A DNA stretch of 64,000 nt from an uncultured Bacilli bacterium (GCA_934183165.1 CAKPRZ010000005.1:9956-73955); one strand, 5' to 3'; positions 27,588-39,943 are shown, numbered from the stretch's first letter. Made by a program: numbers and translations. Notes: a model not told the origin generated them from the letters alone.

Positions 27588-29975
27588 TTAATTTTCTTTT
27601 TTTCTAACAGCAAATGTAATTACTATTGCTGATAACAAATAAGCAAATGATAAATATTTAGTTGAATCAATTCCTGTTTTAGGAGGCATTAAATCTCCTT
27701 CTGGGTTTTCTACATAATATACTTTTATTACATTTTCTTTTTCATCATCGATAGTTAATGGCGCTGTATCTTTATCGAATCTATATCCCCTTGGTAATTT
27801 ATCAGTATAATTTCTAATTACTGTACCATAAGTAAATCCTTCAAAATAATCAGTTTTACTGCTATCTATTTCACCATCGAAATAGTATTCTACTCTATAT
27901 TTTAAATCATCTTTTATTGTATAGTAGAAATTAATTTCTTGATTATCCTCTTCTATTATTATCGTTTTTTTACTTGAATCGTCCCCATCATTTACTAAAT
28001 TATATCCTTTTATACTAATAGCATTTTCTAAATGTTCTGATAAATAGCTAACATCATTAACTATTTTTTGTTTACTTAGTACTTTATTAGTTCCTAATTC
28101 TAAATAATTAACTTTATAAGAATAATCATTTCGTTTTTCATAGTAAAATTTTAATTCTTTATTTAATTGATCAAGAGTAATTGTTTTAGTTTCAGAATCG
28201 GCTAGTTTATAACCTTTTGGCGCGGTTTTTGCGTGTTCTGTATAAGTTTCTTCAAATTTTCCCTCTTTTGTTTCACTATCTAATCCAATATATTCTTCTG
28301 TATCCTTTTCCAAATATTTAACTATATAAGGTATATCATCTCTTTTTTCATAACATACTCTTATAACATTTTGTCCATCTATAATTGTATAAGGCATAGA
28401 TGTCAAAATTCTTCCAGGTCTATATCCAAATGTTGGTAAATATTTATCTACAGGGATATCACTACTTAATATTTTTGAACCAAAAAGTTGATTCTTATAG
28501 GTATTTTCAGCATCCTTTGAAAGCTTTATATTACCATCTTTATAATATTCAACAATATATGAAAGATTATCTTTCTTTTTATACACAACATTTATAACAT
28601 CGTTATTTCCTGTAAGGGTATAAGGCATAGAAGTTACGAATTCTCCATCTTTATATCCAACTGTTGGTTTATAATCATTTATTGATATATCAGATGCATT
28701 TATTACCGATTTCTTAGTTTGCTTAGTTTCCGAATGTAATAATTCACCATCAATACTACTATCTTTATAATAATTTATTGTATAATTTTTAATTTCTTGT
28801 AACCAATATACTTCGGCACTTTCTGAAATAGTCTTAGAATCACTTTGATTATTACTATTAGTATATTTTATAGTTGCCATTTCATTGGTTGGATACCAAT
28901 TTTCCTCAAGTGTTTTATCTATCTTAATTTTAAACTCGACTGATTTTCCTTCTTGAGTAATATCACCAATATTAAAGCTAACCTTTTGATCATTTACAGT
29001 AGCACCTACTCCACTACCATCAACATATGTAAATTCATCTGTTATAATATCTTCTATAATTGCATTAGTTCCTGCTGGCTTTCTAACTGTAATACTAGAT
29101 GTAATATTATTTAAACTATTAATTAATTGTTCATTACTTTTTGCATCAAATTGATGTGATGTACTAGTTGCGATTTGATTTATTGTATCAAGATCATCTT
29201 CATCAGTTACATCAAAAGCAACTGTAAAAATTTCGATTCCTGCAGCTTTTGCAGAGTTAGCAGCAGCTATTGCATCTTTTTTTGGCTGAGTATAACTGCC
29301 ATTAATTTCAGGTCTACCATCACTTAATAAAACTATATACATATTTGTTGCTTTTGTAGCTAACAATTGTTTACTAGCCAAATTAATTGCTGCAGCAGTA
29401 TTAGTATCGCCTCCAGCACTTTGAGGAAAGTTATCTGGTCTCCATGTAGTGAACTTTTTACTGTCAAAGTTTCTATTTAATGTTGCTTCATCTGAAAATG
29501 TAATTAATCCTAATTTAGCCTTAGAATATTTTTCAAGAATTTTTTCTGAAAAATTAATAGTTGCTTTTTTTGCTAGCTCATACTTTTCCTTCATGAAGTC
29601 ATCTGGACAATTATACCAATCCTTCTCACACATCAATTCTCCGAAAGGTTCAGGACCCATAGTTCCTGATCTATCAAGAACAAACATAATATAAGGACTT
29701 GCTTCTACAGATTGAGTAACAGTTACATCTTTACCTTTAGCTGTTAATTTAACATTATAAATTCCTTCTTCGTTTGTTTTTGTTACAGTTTTAGTTAATT
29801 CAACATCACCGGGATTAGTTATAGAACCCTCAGAGTTTACACTTTTTCTTACATCACCTTTAACGTTACTTGATGCCAATACAACGGTTTGATAACCAAA
29901 ACTAGTAAATAAAATTGTTATTACTAACATTATTCTTATTATTACTTCAAAACTTTTAAATATTGTTTTTTTCAT
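27588..29975 (-). CDS. cell-wall-anchored adhesin: signal peptide, vWA domain, 5 MucBP-like repeats, PPKTG sorting signal
   Basis: MIDAS-like FVLDRSGTM and LSDGRPE. About 70-aa repeats (Y.V.Y...G ... V.Y.K). C-terminus is PPKTG, a hydrophobic stretch, then RKKEN. Confidence 0.8.
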   Translation of the reverse strand: MKKTIFKSFEVIIRIMLVITILFTSFGYQTVVLASSNVKGDVRKSVNSEGSITNPGDVELTKTVTKTNEEGIYNVKLTAKGKDVTVTQSVEASPYIMFVLDRSGTMGPEPFGELMCEKDWYNCPDDFMKEKYELAKKATINFSEKILEKYSKAKLGLITFSDEATLNRNFDSKKFTTWRPDNFPQSAGGDTNTAAAINLASKQLLATKATNMYIVLLSDGRPEINGSYTQPKKDAIAAANSAKAAGIEIFTVAFDVTDEDDLDTINQIATSTSHQFDAKSNEQLINSLNNITSSITVRKPAGTNAIIEDIITDEFTYVDGSGVGATVNDQKVSFNIGDITQEGKSVEFKIKIDKTLEENWYPTNEMATIKYTNSNNQSDSKTISESAEVYWLQEIKNYTINYYKDSSIDGELLHSETKQTKKSVINASDISINDYKPTVGYKDGEFVTSMPYTLTGNNDVINVVYKKKDNLSYIVEYYKDGNIKLSKDAENTYKNQLFGSKILSSDIPVDKYLPTFGYRPGRILTSMPYTIIDGQNVIRVCYEKRDDIPYIVKYLEKDTEEYIGLDSETKEGKFEETYTEHAKTAPKGYKLADSETKTITLDQLNKELKFYYEKRNDYSYKVNYLELGTNKVLSKQKIVNDVSYLSEHLENAISIKGYNLVNDGDDSSKKTIIIEEDNQEINFYYTIKDDLKYRVEYYFDGEIDSSKTDYFEGFTYGTVIRNYTDKLPRGYRFDKDTAPLTIDDEKENVIKVYYVENPEGDLMPPKTGIDSTKYLSFAYLLSAIVITFAVRKKEN
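27672..27686 (-). other. PPKTG sortase-B-type sorting motif
   Basis: Codons cct cct aaa aca gga, followed by a TM segment and a basic tail. Confidence 0.75.
27705..28784 (-). repeat. five tandem ~70-75 aa MucBP-like repeats inside the adhesin gene
   Basis: Repeat starts are YTINYYKD, LSYIVEYYKDG, PYIVKYLEKD, YSYKVNYLELG and LKYRVEYYFDG. Each ends in a V/I-x-V/F-Y/C-Y-x-K/E strand. Confidence 0.7.
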
Positions 29976-29984
29976 AAAAACCTC

Positions 29985-30698
29985 CTATTTAATTTTTTTG
30001 GCACTGATAATTAGATAAGAATTTTCAGGATTATAATAACAAGTCTGCAACATGATGATTCTATTAGAAACATCAATATTTACACCCGTATCATAAATTG
30101 AGTTATCTTTTATCCAATTAAGGTGTTTTATCCACTCTTTATCATTAAAAGTTATTTTCATGTGAGTATTGTTAGATTCTTCAACAATCATAACCGAGAA
30201 TATTTTCCATAAGCTTTTTTCATTATCAATAATGAGCTCAATGTCTTGATAATTTTTATAAAAATCTTGTTTCAAATATTTTTCCAAATCATGAAAAAGT
30301 GCACTCTTTAATGTTTTAGAGTTATGCCCATAAATTAATATTTTCCTATCAGCTGCTGTATTTCTATAATCAATAAAAATACTTCCTTTTTTATCCTTGT
30401 CTCCTGTAGATGAATGATTTAAATAATAATCATTATCTGTACCTTGGACTAATGAATTATTTATATTTGTACCTGGTATAATGATTTTGTTTTGACTATT
30501 TTTATTAATTGTTTTTTTATATTTTTTACTTGATTCTGTTTTTTTTACTGTTCCATTATCTAGTAAAACAGAAGAAATTTCAGTATTATTATTTATCTTT
30601 TCTTCATTATTTCCAGCATTAATAGGTCTTAAAATAAATATAAAAATACAAAAGATGCAAATTAGTAAAATGTTTATTATTTTTTTTGTTTGATTCAT
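29985..30698 (-). CDS. srtB: class B sortase
   Basis: IPGTNINNSLVQGTDNDYYLNH, GSIFIDYRN, LIYGHNS and the catalytic LQTC motif. N-terminal TM. Sits directly upstream of its likely substrate. Confidence 0.8.
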   Translation of the reverse strand: MNQTKKIINILLICIFCIFIFILRPINAGNNEEKINNNTEISSVLLDNGTVKKTESSKKYKKTINKNSQNKIIIPGTNINNSLVQGTDNDYYLNHSSTGDKDKKGSIFIDYRNTAADRKILIYGHNSKTLKSALFHDLEKYLKQDFYKNYQDIELIIDNEKSLWKIFSVMIVEESNNTHMKITFNDKEWIKHLNWIKDNSIYDTGVNIDVSNRIIMLQTCYYNPENSYLIISAKKIK

Positions 30699-30750
30699 AA
30701 TCACAACCCCCAAACAATTATAAATCTTAAATTTCTAGGTACGGCTTTAT

Positions 30751-30779
30751 ATCATAAATGAAGTTATAAAATTTGTCAA
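30751..30779 (-). promoter_or_regulatory. sigma-A-like promoter of srtB-adhesin operon
   Basis: On the minus strand: TTGACA, 17 nt, TATGAT. Confidence 0.5.
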
Positions 30780-30914
30780 CTTTTTTATATTCACATTTTT
30801 ATTATGAACCAAAAATAAAAATTCTATATATGAATTTGATAAAATCATTAAAAAAATAATGCATTATATTATATTTAAATATTATAAAAAGTAGCACAAA
30901 AAAAGTAGCTACTG

Positions 30915-32042
30915 CTACTTAATATTTTTCTCGACAAATTTATTGAAACTTGTAATTTCACTATTACCTAATTCAGTTTTACTTAATTCTTCCAATAATT
31001 CTTTTTGAATTCTAGTTAATCTTTGAGGAGTTATTATTTTTATAATGATATACATATCACCAGTTTTTCTAGTGGTTTCATTATAAATACCTTTACCTTT
31101 TAGTCTTTGCTTATCTCCATTACTAGTACCTGATGATATATTTAATTTTACATTACCTTGAATTGTTGGAATTTCTTTCTTACAACCCAGTATAGCTTCA
31201 GTTATTGTTAAAGGGACTTCAAGATAAATATCGTTTTCATCTCTTTGATAAAATTTATGTTCATCGATAGTAAATTCTATATATAGATCACCTGGAGGCC
31301 CCCCATTAATACCAGCCTCTCCTTTGCCTGTGATACGTAATCTATTACCATCATCAACTCCTGAAGGGATATTTACTGATATAGTTTTTTTACTTCTTAT
31401 ATAACCTTTACCGTTGCAATCATTACATTTTGTTTTGTAACTCTTTCCTAATCCACCACAATTTGGACAAGTAGTTTTTGTCATAAATGCACCTAATATA
31501 GTTCTTTGTTCACTTGTTATTGTTCCACTTCCATGGCATTTCGAACAAACCTCTTCATCAAATCCTCCTTTTCCATGGCAATGACTACAAGTATCGTTTA
31601 CTTCTACATTAATTTCTTTTTTACATCCGTAAACTGCTTCTTCAAAAGATAATCTCAACTTTAATAATCTATCCGAACCCCTACTTGCTCTAGATGATGA
31701 TCTAGATCTAGATGATGAACCAAATCCAAATCCACCACCAAATATGTTGTCAAATATATCTCCAAAATCAAAATTGGAAAAATCAAACCCTCCGAAGCCA
31801 CCGCTACCTCCAGCATTATTGTCAAAAGCAGCATGACCAAATTGATCATATTGACGTCTTCTGTCTTCATCAGACAAAACAGCGTAAGCTTCTTGTACTT
31901 CTTTAAACTTTTCTGCGGCGTTTTCTTCTTTAGAAACATCTGGATGATATTTTTTTGCCAATTTTCTAAAGGCACTTTTAATTTCAGCAAGAGATGCATC
32001 TTTAGATACACCTAACACTTCATAATAATCTCGCTTTTCCAT
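30915..32042 (-). CDS. dnaJ: chaperone DnaJ
   Basis: J-domain HPD, G/F region and four CxxCxGxG zinc motifs. Confidence 0.95.
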   Translation of the reverse strand: MEKRDYYEVLGVSKDASLAEIKSAFRKLAKKYHPDVSKEENAAEKFKEVQEAYAVLSDEDRRRQYDQFGHAAFDNNAGGSGGFGGFDFSNFDFGDIFDNIFGGGFGFGSSSRSRSSSRASRGSDRLLKLRLSFEEAVYGCKKEINVEVNDTCSHCHGKGGFDEEVCSKCHGSGTITSEQRTILGAFMTKTTCPNCGGLGKSYKTKCNDCNGKGYIRSKKTISVNIPSGVDDGNRLRITGKGEAGINGGPPGDLYIEFTIDEHKFYQRDENDIYLEVPLTITEAILGCKKEIPTIQGNVKLNISSGTSNGDKQRLKGKGIYNETTRKTGDMYIIIKIITPQRLTRIQKELLEELSKTELGNSEITSFNKFVEKNIK

Positions 32043-32051
32043 TTACTTCAC

Positions 32052-33866
32052 CTATCTTTTTACTTTTTTATACAATTCTTCAAATTCATCTATTATATTA
32101 TTAAACATATCTATAGCACTTTCTATTACTTCTTTTTTATTCATATCAACACCTGCTATTTTCAATTCTTGAATAGGATAGTCACTACCACCTGTTTTTA
32201 AAAATTCTAGATAATCATTAACAGCATTAGCTTCACCCTTTAAAATGCGATTTACAATATAGCAAGCTGCTGAAAGACCTGTTGCATATTTATAAACATA
32301 AAAATTGTAATAGAAATGTGGAATTCTTTCCCACTCATATCTAATTTCATCATCAACTACTACATCATTACCAAAATATTTTTTATTTAAGTCATAATAA
32401 ATATTAGACATAACGTCTGGAGTTAAAACATTATTATTTGCTTCTTCTTCATATATTTTCTTTTCAAAACTTGCAAACATAGTCTGACGATAAATAGTAG
32501 TTCTAAAAAGTTCCATTAATCTATTTAGTATATTTAATCGTTCTTCATTATCTTTACTATTATCTAACATGTAATAAGCAAGTAATAATTCATTAACTGT
32601 TGATGCTACTTCAGCCACAAATATTCTATATCGATAAGTTTGATAAGGATTATTCTTTTTTGAATAATATGAATGCATTGAATGACCTAATTCATGTGCT
32701 AATGTCGAAATATCATTCAAAGTACCTTGATAATTCAAAAGTATATAAGGATTAGTTGTATAACCTCCGCTGGAGTATGCGCCACTAACCTTACCAATGT
32801 TAGGATAAATATCTATCCATCTTTCATCGAAGGCTTTATCTAATAATTTTTGATAATCATCACCTAAGATATTTAATGCTTTTTTTACTATAGTTTTAGC
32901 TTCATCGAATGAATATTCCTTTGATGCTTTATCAGCAAGCAAAGGTGCATAAACGTCATATAAATGAAGTTCATCTAATTTTAGTACATTCTTTTTAAGT
33001 CTTAAATATTTGTGATTAATATGTAAATTTGCTTCTACCGTATTGATCAAATTGTTATATATATTAATATCAATATTATCCGAAAAAAGTGATGCTTCTA
33101 AAGCTGATGCATATCCCCTGATTTTGCTAATTGAAGTGTTACTTTTTACGTCATTAGCAAGCATCAAAGAAATAGAATTTTTATAATCTTTATATGCATT
33201 AAATATAGTGTTAAATGCATTATGTCTTACTCTTCTATCATTTGATTTCAAATATAAGGAAAAATTAGAATCATTAAGCTCGATTAAATTATTATTTTCA
33301 TCTTCTATACTGCCTAACTTCATATCTGCATTTGTAAACATATCATATATACTTTCAGGAAATGATAATGTTTGAGATAATGAAGATATAATTTTTTCTT
33401 CTTTTTCACTTAATATATATTGTTTACTTCTTAAAATATCGTCTATTAAAAATTGATATTCTTTTAATCTAGGTTCTTCCTCGAAAAGTAACTGGATTTT
33501 TTTATCACCGGCTTTAGTAATTTCAGGTATGATAAATGCTGAAATCTCAGAATATTTAGTAATTATATTATTAACTTTTCCGTATAAATTTTGATATTCT
33601 GTATTAGTTGTATCACTATCTTTATTCAAATGAGCATACATATATAATTTTTCAATGAGAATATTTATATTTGAATCTTCTAGTAGTGTTTCATACAATT
33701 TAGTCCCATTAGACATCATATCTTTTTGATACTTCTTAAAATTTTCAATCATTGAACTTAATTTTTCTAAAGCTTTATTAAATTCTTCAATACTACTATA
33801 TATTGGTGATAAATCCCATTTATATTTATTATCAACTTCACTTCTTTTTAAAAGTTTGTTATTCAT
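32052..33866 (-). CDS. pepF: oligoendopeptidase F (M3B)
   Basis: HELGHSMH zinc motif and PepF-length architecture. Confidence 0.9.
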   Translation of the reverse strand: MNNKLLKRSEVDNKYKWDLSPIYSSIEEFNKALEKLSSMIENFKKYQKDMMSNGTKLYETLLEDSNINILIEKLYMYAHLNKDSDTTNTEYQNLYGKVNNIITKYSEISAFIIPEITKAGDKKIQLLFEEEPRLKEYQFLIDDILRSKQYILSEKEEKIISSLSQTLSFPESIYDMFTNADMKLGSIEDENNNLIELNDSNFSLYLKSNDRRVRHNAFNTIFNAYKDYKNSISLMLANDVKSNTSISKIRGYASALEASLFSDNIDINIYNNLINTVEANLHINHKYLRLKKNVLKLDELHLYDVYAPLLADKASKEYSFDEAKTIVKKALNILGDDYQKLLDKAFDERWIDIYPNIGKVSGAYSSGGYTTNPYILLNYQGTLNDISTLAHELGHSMHSYYSKKNNPYQTYRYRIFVAEVASTVNELLLAYYMLDNSKDNEERLNILNRLMELFRTTIYRQTMFASFEKKIYEEEANNNVLTPDVMSNIYYDLNKKYFGNDVVVDDEIRYEWERIPHFYYNFYVYKYATGLSAACYIVNRILKGEANAVNDYLEFLKTGGSDYPIQELKIAGVDMNKKEVIESAIDMFNNIIDEFEELYKKVKR

Positions 33867-33924
33867 ATATTCTCCTTATCATATAAAGGTTCTAGTTTCC
33901 TAGAACCTATTTTTATTCGTTTTT

Positions 33925-35748
<1,824 letters not shown>

Positions 35749-35767
35749 TTATCTCTCCTTTAACTTA

Positions 35768-36391
35768 TTAAATTTTATTTACTTTTACTTTTGCTGGTCT
35801 AATAACACGACCTTTTAACATATATCCTTTATTAAAGACCTCAAGAACAATATCATCTTCTAATTCAGGATTGTTTCCAATCATTACAGCTTCATGTAAA
35901 TTTGGATCAAACTCTTTATTAAGTGCATCTATTTCTTCTACTCCAAATTTCTTTAATATTTCTACCAAGCCATTATACAATAATTTATAACCTTCAGAAT
36001 ATTTTTCAAATTCAGGAGTTTCATTTTTCGTTTTAAGTGCTCTTTCAAAATTATCTAAGATAACTAATAATTCTGTTATCAAATCTTTATTAGCATATTT
36101 AATAATACTCGATACTTCTTCATCTTTTCTTTTTCGATAATTAATTAATTCCGCCTGAGTTTGTTTAACTTTAGCTTGTAAATTTTCAATTGTATTTTTT
36201 AATACTAATATTTCCTCTTCATCAGGGGTTGTATCGTCAATTATATCTTCATCAGTTATATTTTCATCTTGTTTACTACATTCACATTCATCAATACATT
36301 CATCGCATCCACATGAATCGCATTCACACGCTTGTTCTTCTTTTACAACTTCTTCTACTTTTTTATTTTCCTCTTTTTTTATCTTACTCAT
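35768..36391 (-). CDS. grpE: nucleotide exchange factor GrpE with Cys-cluster N-terminal extension
   Basis: Coiled-coil plus beta-domain (GYMLKGRVIRPAKVKV). The N-terminus carries CECDSCGCDECIDECEC. Confidence 0.9.
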   Translation of the reverse strand: MSKIKKEENKKVEEVVKEEQACECDSCGCDECIDECECSKQDENITDEDIIDDTTPDEEEILVLKNTIENLQAKVKQTQAELINYRKRKDEEVSSIIKYANKDLITELLVILDNFERALKTKNETPEFEKYSEGYKLLYNGLVEILKKFGVEEIDALNKEFDPNLHEAVMIGNNPELEDDIVLEVFNKGYMLKGRVIRPAKVKVNKI

Positions 36392-36398
36392 AAATTAC

Positions 36399-37382
36399 CT
36401 AACTTTCTATATTTTCTTTTATAAATTCTAGGAGTTGTACAACCCTATCATATTCCATTCTTTTAGGGCCAATTACGGCCAAAGTGCCTTCTTCTGTTGG
36501 TGTCTTATACTTTGTTTTAATAATAGTCATGTCATCATCCAGACCATTTTCTCTTCCGATATATACTTTGATATTATTATCACTTGCTTCAACCGCGTCT
36601 ATTAAGTTTTTATCATCTAATTTATCAAATATTTCACTAATTTTGTCGATATCGTTAAATTCTGGTTGCTTTAGCATATTTTTTCTTCCAACTATATCTA
36701 TATTTTTATCTGTAAATTTTGAGAACACATCATAGAATACATTATATAATCTTTCATGTTCCTTAACATATCTACCAATAATTGGCTTGATTTCAAACTC
36801 TAGTTTATTAGATACTTCATCGATTGGAGTTCCAATGACCATATTATTAATAAGATCGACTGTTTTTTTAATTTCACCAAGATCAATATTAGATACATTG
36901 ATATTTTTATGTTCAACATAACCAGTATCAGTAATAACAATAACTATCATATTATTTGTATCTATTGGAACAACTTGAATTTGTTTCAAATAGCTTTCAT
37001 GAGAAGCACTTCCTAATTTTACTGAAGTATAATTTGTCATATCTGAAATGATTTCTAGACTTTTTTTAACACAATCAGTCAGTTCTAATTGATTATTTTT
37101 AAATATGATCTGAAGTTTAAGCATATCTTCAGCACTCATTTCTTTTAATTCCATCAAATTATCTACATAATACCTATAACCTGCTTCCGATGGAACTCTA
37201 CCTGAAGATGTGTGAGTTTTTTCTAACAATCCTAACTCTTCCAAAGAAGCCATTTCGCTTCTTATTGTTGCACTGGAACAATTAAGTCTATCACATATCA
37301 ATTTAGAGCCAACTGGTTTGGCTAACTTAATGTACTCTAAAACGATAATTTTTAAAATTTCGTTTTGACGTTTAGTTAGCAT
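36399..37382 (-). CDS. hrcA: heat-inducible transcription repressor HrcA
   Basis: N-terminal wHTH LTKRQNEILKIIV..Y....PVGSK. CIRCE sites lie upstream. Confidence 0.95.
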   Translation of the reverse strand: MLTKRQNEILKIIVLEYIKLAKPVGSKLICDRLNCSSATIRSEMASLEELGLLEKTHTSSGRVPSEAGYRYYVDNLMELKEMSAEDMLKLQIIFKNNQLELTDCVKKSLEIISDMTNYTSVKLGSASHESYLKQIQVVPIDTNNMIVIVITDTGYVEHKNINVSNIDLGEIKKTVDLINNMVIGTPIDEVSNKLEFEIKPIIGRYVKEHERLYNVFYDVFSKFTDKNIDIVGRKNMLKQPEFNDIDKISEIFDKLDDKNLIDAVEASDNNIKVYIGRENGLDDDMTIIKTKYKTPTEEGTLAVIGPKRMEYDRVVQLLEFIKENIES

Positions 37383-37393
37383 CTAATCACCTC

Positions 37394-37420
37394 CTAGCAC
37401 TCATATTTCTCGGATGCTAA
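37394..37420 (-). promoter_or_regulatory. CIRCE-like operator 1 (degenerate)
   Basis: cTAGCACTC-N9-GGATGCTAA against the consensus TTAGCACTC-N9-GAGTGCTAA. Lies between the -10 and the hrcA SD. Confidence 0.6.
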
Positions 37421-37424
37421 TTAC

Positions 37425-37453
37425 ATTATAATATTATGCTTAGCACTTGTCAA
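37425..37453 (-). promoter_or_regulatory. sigma-A consensus promoter of hrcA-grpE-dnaK operon
   Basis: On the minus strand: TTGACA, 17 nt, TATAAT. The -35 is embedded in the CIRCE-2 spacer. Confidence 0.7.
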
Positions 37454-37467
37454 TATATGAGTGCTAA
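37440..37467 (-). promoter_or_regulatory. CIRCE operator 2 (near-consensus)
   Basis: TTAGCACTt-N10-GAGTGCTAA inverted repeat. Confidence 0.75.
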
Positions 37468-37539
37468 TTTTTTAAATTTTTTTATTACTTTTTAGGAATT
37501 CTAAATTCTATATGTTATAATCATTGTGAGGTGAAATCA

Positions 37540-38457
37540 ATGGAAAATAAAACCGTTTTAAAATGTAACAAAATATGTAAAAATTTTGGTAAAAAAAGAA
37601 TATTAACTGATGTATCATTTGAAGTTGATAGTGGTGATATTTTGGGCTTTATTGGACCAAATGGTGCCGGCAAGACTACTACTATAAAATTAATTTTAGG
37701 GCTTAACAAAATAGACTCTGGAAATATTTTAATTAATGATTTAGATATTGAAAAAGATTTTGAAAAAGCCATAATGAATGTTGGAGCTATTGTAGAGAAC
37801 CCTGATTTATATATGTATTTAAGTGGATATGATAATTTAAAACTTATTAAAAATATGTACAAAAATATTTCTGATGATGATGTAAATAATGTTATAAAGC
37901 AAGTAAAATTAGAAGAAAGAATAAAAGATAAAGTTTCTAAATATTCGCTTGGTATGAGACAAAGATTAGGCATAGCTCAAGCACTTTTACATAACCCTAC
38001 TCTTCTAATACTTGATGAGCCCACTAATGGATTGGATCCTGAGGGAATCAAAGAACTAAGGGATTTACTAAAAAAATTAGCAAAAGAAAAAAATATGGCT
38101 ATTTTAATATCTAGTCATAATCTTTCAGAATTAGAAAGCTTTTGCAATAAAATATGTATTATTCAAAATGGTAGGATTGTCGAAGTAAATAATGTAGACA
38201 AAATTAAACAGAAAAAGAAAGATAATAAAAATAGTTATATTTTTAAAGTTAATAGTACTAAAAATATAAATCAAATAGTATCTCATTTATCAATAATAGA
38301 TAACAAGCATTTTAATATATTATTAGAAGAAGAAGAGATTCCTAACATTATTAATAAACTTGTAGAAAACAAAATTTTAATATATGAAATAAAAAAAGAA
38401 TCCATCTCTTTAGAAGATGCCTTTTTGAAAAAGACTGGAGGTAATAAAATTGATTAA
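37540..38457 (+). CDS. ABC transporter ATP-binding protein (ABC-2 type partner)
   Basis: Walker A GPNGAGKTT, signature YSLGMRQRL and Walker B LILDEPTNGLD. GAGGTGA SD before ATG 37540. Confidence 0.85.
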   Translation: MENKTVLKCNKICKNFGKKRILTDVSFEVDSGDILGFIGPNGAGKTTTIKLILGLNKIDSGNILINDLDIEKDFEKAIMNVGAIVENPDLYMYLSGYDNLKLIKNMYKNISDDDVNNVIKQVKLEERIKDKVSKYSLGMRQRLGIAQALLHNPTLLILDEPTNGLDPEGIKELRDLLKKLAKEKNMAILISSHNLSELESFCNKICIIQNGRIVEVNNVDKIKQKKKDNKNSYIFKVNSTKNINQIVSHLSIIDNKHFNILLEEEEIPNIINKLVENKILIYEIKKESISLEDAFLKKTGGNKID

Positions 38458-39943
38458 TTTAATTAAAAATGAGTTGATTAAAATATTTAAAAGAAAAACA
38501 ATTTATATTTTGATGATTATAACCTTTGCATTTGTCATCTTTCATAATGTAATATATAAGGTAGCAAACAAGCTTGTAGATTCATACAATCTAGAATACT
38601 CTTCAATAACAGAAAAGGATTATGAAGAAGCTAAAGAAGAAATAAGTAAATTAAATCCTAGTAATTCCAATGATGTAGATGATTACATTTTATTAAAAAC
38701 AGAAATGGATATTTACCAAATAAGTAAAAATTATGAAAAAGGTAGTTGGCAAGAATATTTAATTAATACTGATTTGATGAACACCGTATCATTGATGAAC
38801 AATTTAAAATATAAAAATCATACAATTAAAAACTTAGAAAAGTCAGAAGATTATCAATCCCTTTTAAAGGAATACAATAATTTTTTATCGATAATAAAAG
38901 GAAACAATTGGCAAACATATGCCAAATATAAAATAAAACAATATCAAGAAGAAAACGAAATATTAAAAGAATTTAATGATGATGAAAACAATTCTTATAC
39001 TAAACAAATAAGTGAGAATAACAAAGAAATAGATTCTATAAATTTACGTCTTAAATACAATATTGCATATGGTAATAACTATTTTAATGAAGCAATAAGT
39101 AATTACGATAAAAATTTAAAATCTTTTGAAGAATATAATAAAGAAAAAAAATCACAATTTGGTAAAAAATATAATGAATATGAAGTTAAAAAGAATTATA
39201 AAGAATTAAAAGAACAAAATGAGAAATATAAATATGCTTTAGACAATAAATATGATTATAATAATATGAATACATTAGGGTATGGCTTGGTAAATGTTTT
39301 ATCTGACTATTCTACTTTTATATTAGTTATTACCATCGTAATAGCAGGCAGTATTGTTTCTTCAGAATTTGATAAAGGAACAATCAAGTTGCTTTTAGTA
39401 AGACCTTATAATAGATGGAAAATATTATTATCAAAATACATAGCATCTCTTTTAATATTAATTATATCAATTATATTTGTAATAATATCAGAGTTTATAG
39501 TCGGTGGAACATTCTTCGGATTTTCTTCCATTAACGTTCCAAATATCATATACAATTTTAATACAAATCAAATTATGTATATAAATACCGGAAAAATGAT
39601 GCTTTTAAATATAATTACTTCACTGCCAATGTTTATATTGTTAATTACCCTAGCTTTTACTATATCAACTATTTTCACAAATACAGCAGTAGCAATTGCT
39701 ATTCCGATACTTGGATATTTTTCTTCAGAAATCATCAATTTATTAGCTTCAAACTTTAAAATCAATTTTTTAAAATACTTTGTTACATTAAATTGGAACT
39801 TATCTAGCTATCTATTTGGTGGAATTGGCTTATATCAAGGATTGACAATGCCATTCTCAATTACAGTATGTATTATATATTTGATGATAATGATTATCGC
39901 AAGCTTTATTATCTTTGATAAGAAAAATATTAAAAACATATAA
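38450..39943 (+). CDS. ABC-2 family permease with ~250-aa polar extracytoplasmic insert
   Basis: MINLIKNELIKIFKRK N-terminus plus TM1, then a long N/K/E/Y-rich loop, then 5 C-terminal TMs. TTG start overlaps the ATPase gene. Confidence 0.7.
   Translation: MINLIKNELIKIFKRKTIYILMIITFAFVIFHNVIYKVANKLVDSYNLEYSSITEKDYEEAKEEISKLNPSNSNDVDDYILLKTEMDIYQISKNYEKGSWQEYLINTDLMNTVSLMNNLKYKNHTIKNLEKSEDYQSLLKEYNNFLSIIKGNNWQTYAKYKIKQYQEENEILKEFNDDENNSYTKQISENNKEIDSINLRLKYNIAYGNNYFNEAISNYDKNLKSFEEYNKEKKSQFGKKYNEYEVKKNYKELKEQNEKYKYALDNKYDYNNMNTLGYGLVNVLSDYSTFILVITIVIAGSIVSSEFDKGTIKLLLVRPYNRWKILLSKYIASLLILIISIIFVIISEFIVGGTFFGFSSINVPNIIYNFNTNQIMYINTGKMMLLNIITSLPMFILLITLAFTISTIFTNTAVAIAIPILGYFSSEIINLLASNFKINFLKYFVTLNWNLSSYLFGGIGLYQGLTMPFSITVCIIYLMIMIIASFIIFDKKNIKNI

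Noticed and set aside
31661-32011. 116-aa same-strand alternative frame inside dnaJ
   Set aside because: It is an out-of-frame read-through of the dnaJ J-domain and G/F region. There is no independent start signal, and the dnaJ frame is unambiguous.
37521-37973. 150-aa minus-strand ORF overlapping the ABC ATPase gene
   Set aside because: The opposite strand encodes a protein with clear Walker A, signature and Walker B motifs. The minus ORF is low complexity and would run into the hrcA promoter.
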